Assembly: GCA_902597385.1 (NCBI GenBank)
Contig: CACJXQ010000003.1
Coordinates: 49,441 to 113,440 of the forward strand
Length of the DNA stretch: 64,000 nt
Reading direction: 5' to 3'
Source of the DNA: an uncultured Pseudomonadota bacterium
GTDB taxonomy: Bacteria; Pseudomonadota; Gammaproteobacteria; Ga0077536
The position numbers were made by a program, and so were the translations under genes. Shown here piece by piece: positions 43,103-50,462 of this stretch; within the stretch, counting starts at the first letter, position 1; the number at the start of each line of letters is the position of its first letter. Below the pieces are notes generated by a model. It was not told the origin of the DNA and searched no databases. It was given only the letters and a program-made list of their open reading frames with translations.

Positions 43103-43332
43103 ATAGGCTTTCTATCTCTATTTGTTTCAGTATACATAATGAAAGGCGACTCCTTATAGCCCTTACTATCGAGATTAGGCCCTCTTGGACTTCGCATGCC
43201 CCCAATTAACTGACTGATTAATTTTTTTAATGTGCTATGTGGATATGTTTTATCTAAAATGACTCATCAAATCAGGGATTTATTTCTAGGTGTGAAAGTA
43301 ATTAATATAATCAATTACTTACACTTAAATAA

Positions 43333-43350
43333 CTACTCCCACTCAATAGT
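43333..43350 (-). repeat. att site, distal copy of the guaA 3' end
   Basis: ctactcccactcaatagt vs ctattcccactctatcgt at 52047-52064, 15/18 identical, both read TIEWE-stop on the minus strand. Confidence 0.9.
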
Positions 43351-43390
43351 TATGTCGTTATAACCTATTGTTTCATATAGGTATTTTTTG

Positions 43391-43411
43391 ACTTTGTAGG
43401 AACTTTGTAGG
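43391..43411 (+). repeat. Tandem ACTTTGTAGG pair, putative integrase arm-type sites
   Basis: Copies at 43391 and 43402 (11-bp period); related copies at 43565, 43611/43622, 51862, 51945, 51966/51977. Confidence 0.7.
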
Positions 43412-43517
43412 TTCATTTTGACTTCTATACTCGCACACACACTTATAACTTATTGAGAACACAACTATAAATCATCGTTTTACGAAAACAAAACGATTGT
43501 TTGACTTATTATTTTAC

Positions 43518-43574
43518 ACGAATACAAAACACATAAGTTGCTGTTTTTGCTATGTTTTTTATTTACTTTGTATA
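43518..43574 (+). repeat. ~57-bp imperfect direct repeat shared by both element ends (other copy 51898-51954)
   Basis: Identical 18-bp core taagttgctgtttttgct (43534, 51914) with shared acgaa.acaaa upstream and actttgtata downstream. Confidence 0.8.
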
Positions 43575-43590
43575 GGTAAAAAAGTATAAT
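43562..43590 (+). promoter_or_regulatory. Sigma70-like promoter of the serine recombinase
   Basis: TTTACT-17 nt-TATAAT, 42 nt before the ATG. Confidence 0.55.
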
Positions 43591-43632
43591 AATCGTATAG
43601 TAAATAGTCTGGTTTGTAGGGAGTTTGTAGAA

Positions 43633-44217
43633 ATGAAAAAGGTTTGTTTATACGCAAGGGTTTCAACGAAGGAACAGGACTGCGAGAGACAGTTGATAGA
43701 ACTAAGAGAGGTCGCAGAAAACCACGATTACGAAGTAGTCGCAGAGTATGTTGATGAAGGGATTTCTGGTGCAAAGAAATCTCGTCCTGCTTTAGACAAA
43801 ATGCTGAAGGATGCAATGTCTCGTAAGTTCTCTGTGGTAATGACTTTGGAACTATCAAGGTTAGGTCGTTCAGTATCCAATATGTGCGAGATAGTAGAGA
43901 TTTTGAAGTCTAAAAAAATAGACCTCTTTATCAAAAACCAGAATGTAGATACTTCAACAATAGTCGGTGAGTTCTTCTTCAACATAATGAACTCTGTTGC
44001 TCAGTATGAAAAAGACTTGATTAGAGAGAGGGTTGTGTCTGGGTTAGAGAACGCAAGGAAGAAAGGACGGATTGGAGGAAGACCTACTAATCTCAATGAG
44101 GAAACCAAGAACAAGATTATTGAGATGAAACGCAATAAAGTCGGGTTGAAAAAGATTGCGGTAGAAACCAAGTGCGGTGTCTCTACCATACGCAAGTTTC
44201 TAAAAGAGGTTGCGTAA
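43633..44217 (+). CDS. Small serine recombinase (resolvase/invertase family) with C-terminal HTH
   Basis: LYARVSTKEQ, DEGISGAKKSRPAL, SRLGRS, ERVVSGLENARKKGRIGGRP, HTH tail. Confidence 0.95.
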   Translation: MKKVCLYARVSTKEQDCERQLIELREVAENHDYEVVAEYVDEGISGAKKSRPALDKMLKDAMSRKFSVVMTLELSRLGRSVSNMCEIVEILKSKKIDLFIKNQNVDTSTIVGEFFFNIMNSVAQYEKDLIRERVVSGLENARKKGRIGGRPTNLNEETKNKIIEMKRNKVGLKKIAVETKCGVSTIRKFLKEVA

Positions 44218-44220
44218 AGA

Positions 44221-44251
44221 ACTACAAGTTGTGAGTTTTTGGAGAATACCC
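44221..44251 (+). repeat. Copy 1 of element-internal ACTACAAGTTGTGAG.TTTTGG.GA.TAC repeat
   Basis: Matches copies starting at 47368 and 47491. Confidence 0.85.
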
Positions 44252-44327
44252 TTCCGCTACTACTACACTATCTATTAGTGCTTTTTAGAAAACCTAAAAA
44301 GACTATATATAAATAATATAAATAGAT

Positions 44328-44972
44328 TTGCAGAAAAGAAAAGATGACTTTTTAGATGTTCTCGTTGTCTTTCTAATCTGCAATGTATGGGGTGAAAACG
44401 GAATGGGTGGAGTTCAAAAATACGAGATACAAAAATGGTTAGAGGGGTTTTCTTTCAGTCATCTCATAACGATTGAACCCACCCCATTCCTACCGCACAA
44501 AAGAGATGAAGTCCTACAAAGATTTAGGATTATTGAGTTCTTCATAAACAAAAAGTATTTGAGGAATAGTTTTACTCAATGGATATATGAAGATAGATTT
44601 TGGTTTGTGGGTTGGAAACAGGGAGATGGAACTACGAAGAACCGACATTACCATCTACTTCTACACTCACCTGACCTTATCTACAAGAATACTGGTGTGA
44701 AATACCAACTCGCTATGGATATTTGGTGGAACTGGATACAACTTCCTTCCGTCAATCCCTATACGCAAAAAAGAAGAAAGATGTTTTATGGAAGTGGAAA
44801 TCTTCCGATAAAAGTAGAACGCATCAAAAGTAATACTGGTGCAGTCCGCTATTCTTCAAGGGATATGGACTATTGGTCGGAAGATGCAGACGATTTCTTT
44901 TTCACCACCCCCAATAGACCGACAAAGAACCGCACAACGGTTCCCTCGTCTTACGAACTATCCAGTTGTTAG
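44328..44972 (+). CDS. Putative HUH-superfamily endonuclease (rolling-circle Rep-like); likely start ATG 44403
   Basis: Motif I-like HLITIEP, motif II RHYHLLLHSP, motif III-like AVRYSSRD, in the order of RCR initiators. Confidence 0.65.
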   Translation: MQKRKDDFLDVLVVFLICNVWGENGMGGVQKYEIQKWLEGFSFSHLITIEPTPFLPHKRDEVLQRFRIIEFFINKKYLRNSFTQWIYEDRFWFVGWKQGDGTTKNRHYHLLLHSPDLIYKNTGVKYQLAMDIWWNWIQLPSVNPYTQKRRKMFYGSGNLPIKVERIKSNTGAVRYSSRDMDYWSEDADDFFFTTPNRPTKNRTTVPSSYELSSC

Positions 44973-45186
44973 AGAGGTTAGAAGTTTTGACCCGATTGTT
45001 TTACGCAGTTGGGGATGTTTTTACTCGTCCCAAGAAAAGTTTTACGCACTTTTTCCGCTATTTACCGCAGTCGCACATCCTATCGTTATAAATAATATAA
45101 ACCTCATATAAGACGATACAGAGGTGATACACCAAGAGATGAATAACCATTCATCTTACGGAAATAAATGCATTAGAGGATTGCCT

Positions 45187-45351
45187 ATGAACTCACAAGA
45201 CACAAAACAAGAACCCAAGAAGGAACTTACTTGGGATTTCATATGCGAACAGATTGGAAAGGAAAGATTTGACCCTTATTACACTAATGCATATGGAGTA
45301 AATCTTGCAGAAAGTAAATACAGGAGACAGAAAGAAGATGCAAAAACATAG
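45187..45351 (+). CDS. Hypothetical protein
   Basis: GAGGA RBS before ATG 45187 (MNSQDTKQ...); overlaps the next gene; track start is 45124. Confidence 0.5.
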   Translation: MNSQDTKQEPKKELTWDFICEQIGKERFDPYYTNAYGVNLAESKYRRQKEDAKT

Positions 45352-45532
45352 ATACTTGACCCATTTAGATAATGGATTGTGGGATGACCTACAAAAACTA
45401 AAAAAACTGGATAATCAGTCCATCAATAGTTTGATGAATACTGCGGTGAGGAAACTAATAAGGGAACGAGTTAGTGAAGTCGCACAAATGCGAAAGACAA
45501 GAACCACATTAGACAATATGGTTTCCGTCTAA
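45338..45532 (+). CDS. Ribbon-helix-helix (Arc/CopG-like) DNA-binding protein
   Basis: AGGAG RBS; HRYLTHLDNGLWDDLQKLKKLDNQSINSLMNTAVRKLI fits the strand-helix-helix pattern. Confidence 0.65.
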   Translation: MQKHRYLTHLDNGLWDDLQKLKKLDNQSINSLMNTAVRKLIRERVSEVAQMRKTRTTLDNMVSV

Positions 45533-45762
45533 TGTCCTCTATGTTTGATACTTTTATGCGTTCAAGGATTGAACCTGACCGACAACAGAAACAAAACCAA
45601 GAAAGGTATAAATCTATGTCGCAGAAAAGTCTTTTAGAGAGAACCAGAACACAAAACAGACCTATTGCTGATATGAGTTCTGCTCTAAAAAAGGTGAGGA
45701 CAAGTAAGGTAGGACTACCACATTCTTATGTATCTGCTACGACTACCGCACCTTATAAGTAA
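45532..45762 (+). CDS. Hypothetical basic protein
   Basis: TAATG stop/start overlap with the RHH gene. Confidence 0.5.
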   Translation: MSSMFDTFMRSRIEPDRQQKQNQERYKSMSQKSLLERTRTQNRPIADMSSALKKVRTSKVGLPHSYVSATTTAPYK

Positions 45763-45975
45763 AAGAAACTCTAATGATTTGTTATACCGCCTCCCAAGAA
45801 AGTAGTTTATCAAAAGAGTTTAGGATAGAGGTGTCCCATTCAGTTATGGGAACACCCTGTCCCTTTATAAAAAACCTAACTAAAACTGGACTTTTTCTAA
45901 TACAGTTATTTCTCCAAAAATATAGTTATTTTCGTTATGAACTTACTTTTGTAAGATAGTTTTAGAAGGGTTATG

Positions 45976-46014
45976 GACGGAGAGGTCTTGCATAGAGACT
46001 TCTTCGTCTTTTTT
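45976..46014 (+). terminator. Rho-independent terminator between convergent blocks
   Basis: gacggagaggtct-loop-agacttcttcgtc followed by a T run. Confidence 0.7.
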
Positions 46015-46019
46015 ATTCA

Positions 46020-46226
46020 TCAGTCTTTCCATTCTTTTATATGGATAGGATGCTTATAACTACCCCACATACTATACCCATCTACTCTCACTTCTATTCT
46101 TTTATCATTATCGTTTGCAGAAAAAAACATTCCTATATTCCACACTTGAACCAACGCAATCACACCCAACAGAACGATTACTACTGGTTGTAGTTTGACC
46201 TGATAAACAATCGTTTCCTTACTCAT
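46020..46226 (-). CDS. Small single-pass membrane protein
   Basis: AAGGAGG RBS; hydrophobic PVVIVLLGVIALVQVWNIGMFF. Confidence 0.7.
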   Translation of the reverse strand: MSKETIVYQVKLQPVVIVLLGVIALVQVWNIGMFFSANDNDKRIEVRVDGYSMWGSYKHPIHIKEWKD

Positions 46227-46241
46227 AGTCTTACCTCCTTG

Positions 46242-47333
46242 TTAGACGATTTCGTGTTCCTCAATATACCAACCCAACATTTTTTGGATTTCCTTGTCGT
46301 TGTAGAGTTCATCTGCTTCCTTATCTTCCTTCTCTTTCTTCTTCCTCAACTTCCTTTGTTCTTCCTCTAATCGCAGTTCTTCCAACACTTCCTCTCTGGT
46401 GAGTTCTTCTTCTGGTTCTGGTGGAATGTAGTTAGGGTCAGGTTCTATATTGTTATAGGGAAATGCGGTGTGATTAGGAACTCTCTTCCAACGATGAATG
46501 TATTTCCCCTTCTTACCTAATCTTTCTGTCCTGTAAGTTTGCAATCTTCTGCGTTCTGCGTCAGTTATATCCTCTGGGATAGGTGGATAGGGGAAATGAC
46601 CTATACAAACATTATCAAGGATTTCATCTGCTCTGCGTCTATATTCGGTTAGGTCAATCTCTCTGGGGTTCTTTATTGTTATTCCCCTGTCTTTGTTTCG
46701 TGCAACTCTTTTCCGTTCAATCTCTTTTATTTCTGCACCAATGGTTTTCCAATCTGTTTTCTTGTATTTCCCACCATATGCATTGTCTTGTAGGTAGTTC
46801 TTTATGGTTGAGAGGGACAGATTGACCTGCCTTGCAATCTTATGAAGTCCTACACCCTCTAACCTCAATCGCAGTATTTGCGTCTGCTTATCAGGTGCTA
46901 TGCGATAGTGTTCGTAATGCTTGTGTAGTCGTTCATACACCAGTAATGGAAATCGTAGGTCATCTCTTTTGGAGTTCGTGGTAGTAGAAAACTTCGGTTC
47001 AGTGTTCCATTTCCTCAACACCTTTCCGTCCTTCTGGGGTTTGGAATAACCGAACAGGACTTCCCATCGTTCCACAGGATGAGACTTCCCATCATAGACA
47101 CTCTTTCTGGTTTGGGGTTCTTTCCACCATTCGTCAAAGGAAGTGGTGCTGATGACTTTACTTCCACCCCAACCCTTATATTTCGTCCAATCAACTTGTC
47201 TGGTCGGGTCTGCATCTGCGACTTGTAGAAATCTATACCAGTAGAAATAAGTGGTATAGAAATCATCTAACCAAAGTTTTTTATCCTTTCGGTATTTGTT
47301 GTATCTGCTGTCTCTATTCCACTTCCTACCCAT
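46242..47333 (-). CDS. Hypothetical 363-aa protein with internal resolvase-like HTH
   Basis: QILRLRLEGVGLHKIARQVNLSLSTIKNYL; aromatic-rich N-terminus (YFYWYRFL...GWG...SFDEWW); charged C-terminus. Confidence 0.75.
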   Translation of the reverse strand: MGRKWNRDSRYNKYRKDKKLWLDDFYTTYFYWYRFLQVADADPTRQVDWTKYKGWGGSKVISTTSFDEWWKEPQTRKSVYDGKSHPVERWEVLFGYSKPQKDGKVLRKWNTEPKFSTTTNSKRDDLRFPLLVYERLHKHYEHYRIAPDKQTQILRLRLEGVGLHKIARQVNLSLSTIKNYLQDNAYGGKYKKTDWKTIGAEIKEIERKRVARNKDRGITIKNPREIDLTEYRRRADEILDNVCIGHFPYPPIPEDITDAERRRLQTYRTERLGKKGKYIHRWKRVPNHTAFPYNNIEPDPNYIPPEPEEELTREEVLEELRLEEEQRKLRKKKEKEDKEADELYNDKEIQKMLGWYIEEHEIV

Positions 47334-47363
47334 TCTAAAAGTCTAACAAATAGACCTCTTTTC

Positions 47364-47525
47364 CCAAACTACAAGTTGTGAGGTTTTGGCGATTACCCCC
47401 TCACAAAAACGATAATGGATACATCAGTTGGGGAAATAACTTCTCCAAGAAAATAAGGGGAAAACGAGTAAAAACGACAGGAAAAACCAAACTACAAGTT
47501 GTGAGGTTTTGGTGATTACTCCCCC
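47364..47525 (+). repeat. Copies 2 and 3 of the internal repeat, in a divergent intergenic region
   Basis: ccaaactacaagttgtgaggttttgg identical at 47364 and 47487 (123 bp apart), continuing .gattac.cccc...aaacgata. Confidence 0.9.
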
Positions 47526-47578
47526 CGATAAACGATACTAAATATATAGAAATAACATAACAAATACAGGAGAAAGTT

Positions 47579-48028
47579 ATGACTACAAAAAACATAAAAG
47601 AAGTGGTTTTCACAGAAGACCAATATGATGAACTGAACCAGATACTCTACAAAGAAGAGTTAGGGACTATTCACAAGACCCAACTATTTGCAGATTGTTT
47701 TGAGGACAACCTTGACCTATTCAATGCGTGGAAGGAACAGTTCCTCACAGAAACAATCACCCTTTCTGCAGATTACAGGGTCTATGCATCTCAATACGAC
47801 ATAACAATAGATGCACACGACATAGACCCAGACAGTTGGGATGCAATAAATCGTGGGGACAAATGTTGGGACGAAGTAGTGTGTTGTGAAGGTTCTGGGT
47901 TAGAACCACACGATGCAGACCTCTCTGTAGAGAGTGTAGATAGTGTAGATGAGCAATCAAGGAAACCATCTATTCGTCTTTCCTACGACCAATACCTGAT
48001 TACAACAGGACAAAAGAAGGTCGCATAA
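47579..48028 (+). CDS. Hypothetical acidic protein
   Basis: AGGAG RBS, 149 aa, Asp/Glu-rich. Confidence 0.75.
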   Translation: MTTKNIKEVVFTEDQYDELNQILYKEELGTIHKTQLFADCFEDNLDLFNAWKEQFLTETITLSADYRVYASQYDITIDAHDIDPDSWDAINRGDKCWDEVVCCEGSGLEPHDADLSVESVDSVDEQSRKPSIRLSYDQYLITTGQKKVA

Positions 48029-48029
48029 G

Positions 48030-48074
48030 TGAAAGGGGTTGGGGATAAAAACACATATTTCTAACCCCCTTTCA
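48030..48074 (+). terminator. Hairpin directly after the stop of ORF 47579
   Basis: tgaaaggggtt ... aaccccctttca. Confidence 0.5.
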
Positions 48075-48172
48075 TCTCAAAAATGAGACTACCAAAAATC
48101 AACAAGTTAGGAGTGCAGAACCAACCTTTTTCAGTGGGGGTTTTAGACCCCCCTGTTTGAGGGATTGCGAAA

Positions 48173-48466
48173 GTGAATGAAATGTCTAACCGAAGGAAAG
48201 AAGTGAAATGTTTTCTCAAAGAACTGAAAGGTCAGGTGGAAACACTTGATGAGGTGATAGGGAAGAAACACAACAAAGTCTATATCTCTGTAAGAGATAC
48301 AGAGGGAGACATTGTAGAACTTCCACCAATAGTTATGAGTAAGACACCTTCTTGCGTTTTTTGGAGAGTAGATACGACTAAACACATAAAACGAATATTG
48401 AGGGAACACGACATCCCTTATGAAAACACAAAAACAGGTTTTCTAACGATTACCAACAACCAGTAA
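48173..48466 (+). CDS. Hypothetical protein
   Basis: 97-aa ORF, first of a tightly packed co-oriented run. Confidence 0.6.
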   Translation: MNEMSNRRKEVKCFLKELKGQVETLDEVIGKKHNKVYISVRDTEGDIVELPPIVMSKTPSCVFWRVDTTKHIKRILREHDIPYENTKTGFLTITNNQ

Positions 48467-48477
48467 GGACAAATGAT

Positions 48478-48660
48478 ATGAAACTACAAGATTTAGACAA
48501 CCCAGAAGGGATGAAGTCTTTTGTGAAGGATTTTACGGAATACCTTATTTCCCAGAAACCAGATTTGGAAAAGGAAATCAGGGAAACAATGAAATACGCA
48601 GAAAAAGAATGTGATGCGATTTTTGACGCAACTACGAACAAACCACCGTTTTATCTATAG
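48478..48660 (+). CDS. Hypothetical protein
   Basis: AAGGA RBS, 60 aa, operon packing. Confidence 0.6.
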   Translation: MKLQDLDNPEGMKSFVKDFTEYLISQKPDLEKEIRETMKYAEKECDAIFDATTNKPPFYL

Positions 48661-48672
48661 GAGGCAAAGACG

Positions 48673-49419
48673 ATGAATGAGTTTGAAAAAGTAATCCAAG
48701 AAGGTTGTGAGAAAAGGAGAAAAGAAGAAATAGGAAGATGTGTAATAAACATCAACTCCCCTTATAGTTCAAAATCCTCAATAGCAACTTCAAAGAAAAG
48801 AATAAAAGAGATTGAAAAAATACCCTTTGACTGCGAAATAAAAAACAAAGAGGACGCAAAAGAGTTCTTTGATAAGTTTGCGAGTTCAATACTTTTTAGA
48901 AAATGTTTTGGGAAAATCATTATTCCTACCCCTAACAGATTTGGTAAGACAATCTTTGGGAAACTTCGAAAAAGTTGGAATGAATGTAATAACCTTGTTT
49001 TCATTTTTGAGGACGGAACTGCACTACCACACCTATCCTCTTTCCAATCCAAGACACATAGTTTTGAAGAAAAGTTGGAAGTCAAAGTAAGAAAAAACGC
49101 ACGTTATGTGAATAAGACACCAGAGGAATGTGTGGAGTATTTTGAAAAAAACTTCTTTGGTGATGCGACTGAAAGAGAAAAAGTATCGGTTAGTTCTACA
49201 TTCGTCATAGAGTTCAAAAACGAAATAGATTTTGAACTTCCTTTGACTGGAAACCTGACGGAACAAGAAAAGATTTCCTATTTACAGGATTTCATCTCAA
49301 AGAACGGTGGATGTATGGATATATACGACACTTCCAAGACCTTCGCAAACCGCAAATACCTGCAAAAGGATTTTGACTTCCAAATCATTCAACCAGTAGA
49401 AGAGAAGGAGGTTGCGTGA
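48673..49419 (+). CDS. Hypothetical protein
   Basis: AGGAGG RBS, 248 aa. Confidence 0.75.
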   Translation: MNEFEKVIQEGCEKRRKEEIGRCVININSPYSSKSSIATSKKRIKEIEKIPFDCEIKNKEDAKEFFDKFASSILFRKCFGKIIIPTPNRFGKTIFGKLRKSWNECNNLVFIFEDGTALPHLSSFQSKTHSFEEKLEVKVRKNARYVNKTPEECVEYFEKNFFGDATEREKVSVSSTFVIEFKNEIDFELPLTGNLTEQEKISYLQDFISKNGGCMDIYDTSKTFANRKYLQKDFDFQIIQPVEEKEVA

Positions 49420-49673
49420 TGAAAGACAAACGATACACCATAAAAATGTCCCTAAACATAGAAGAAACTAATGATACTTGTGGGGAAAAGAACATCACCT
49501 TTTATAACGAGGATAATGCACTCGACCACATTATTATTTTAGGAGAGTTTTTTGACTTACTTTTAGAGAACAAGAGTTGGGGAACGACAGGTTCTAATGA
49601 CGAACTGGTTGAACGCATACTAAAACCCATAAGAGAAAAAATAGAACCTCCAAAGAAAAAGGAGGTTGCGTGA
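49416..49673 (+). CDS. Hypothetical protein flanked by 23-bp direct repeats
   Basis: AAGGAGG RBS, GTGATG coupling; repeats at 49405-49427 and 49659-49681. Confidence 0.7.
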   Translation: MMKDKRYTIKMSLNIEETNDTCGEKNITFYNEDNALDHIIILGEFFDLLLENKSWGTTGSNDELVERILKPIREKIEPPKKKEVA

Positions 49674-50035
49674 TGAAAGACGATAATACTTTTGCGTTAG
49701 ATGTAATAAAAACCTATGTGAGGGAATACAAAAGAACGAGAAGAACCACAAAAATACCTCTTTCTCTATTTGACCCTAATATGACGGAGAACATTTACAT
49801 AAACCCTTACCGACAAGGGGGGAGGAAAAAACACCTTATCCAATCACAACGACAGTATGACGATTGGATAGAGAAAAAAGAACCATTCCCATATGCAATA
49901 ACTGGTTTTAGATTGAATGACCCAATAACGGAGGTATGCGAAGTTATATACGACTATGCAGTCAAAAGTAGGATAGAGGAACTTGGTGGTTTTTCCTACG
50001 AAAAGAAACGACCTCACTTGCGTTTGGTGCAGTAG
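49670..50035 (+). CDS. Hypothetical protein
   Basis: AAGGAGG RBS, GTGATG coupling, 121 aa. Confidence 0.7.
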   Translation: MMKDDNTFALDVIKTYVREYKRTRRTTKIPLSLFDPNMTENIYINPYRQGGRKKHLIQSQRQYDDWIEKKEPFPYAITGFRLNDPITEVCEVIYDYAVKSRIEELGGFSYEKKRPHLRLVQ

Positions 50036-50129
50036 AAACACCCACCCCCTTTTTTCTACATAACTTTTCTAACCTACAAAAGTAGGGTTGAACCTGACGA
50101 GAAATACCACCCCCTAAAACTAACCGACC

Positions 50130-50327
50130 TTATATTTCACTTCCCTGTATATCGTCATAGGGGGTTTTATATTCATAAACCTTCCTACCACTCCCAAAGA
50201 ACTGGAACGTCCCATCGTCCTCTTGTGTGATAGGGACAGACCCCACTTCTAACACCTTTGCAAAGTAAGGAACACGAACCAACGCATCTTCAAGGTTAGA
50301 AAAGTTTGTCGTGTTATTTGGGTTCAT
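50130..50327 (-). CDS. Hypothetical protein (ATG 50327 preferred over track start 50354)
   Basis: MNPNNTTNFSNLEDALVRVPYF...; follows the 41-aa ORF by 4 nt. Confidence 0.45.
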   Translation of the reverse strand: MNPNNTTNFSNLEDALVRVPYFAKVLEVGSVPITQEDDGTFQFFGSGRKVYEYKTPYDDIQGSEI

Positions 50328-50331
50328 AGTT

Positions 50332-50457
50332 TTATAGTGATTGTAAGGACGCAACGATAGTGTCCCTCAATCCACTCTCAATAAAGATTAGTTTTAGTTC
50401 GTTGGAGTAAGAGTAAAAAAGTATTGTGATTGCGACACCCAGAAGGAACTTCACCAT
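50332..50457 (-). CDS. 41-aa small hydrophobic protein, below the ORF-track cutoff
   Basis: MVKFLLGVAITILFYSYSNELKLIFIESGLRDTIVASLQSL*, starts 5 nt after the integrase stop with GAGTAGGG upstream. Confidence 0.5.
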   Translation of the reverse strand: MVKFLLGVAITILFYSYSNELKLIFIESGLRDTIVASLQSL

Positions 50458-50462
50458 CTACC

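Noticed and set aside
44839-45111. 90-aa ORF overlapping the HUH gene, and 61-aa ORF 45774-45959
   Set aside because: No RBS, overlap with a better gene or hairpin-rich spacer; probably spurious
44221-47525. Three ~30-bp repeats as a CRISPR array
   Set aside because: Spacing is 3147 and 123 bp, there are no regular spacers and no cas genes
49405-49681. Integron attC sites
   Set aside because: Repeats are SD/stop/start junctions without RYYYAAC...GTTRRRY dyad structure, and the integrase shows no evident IntI features
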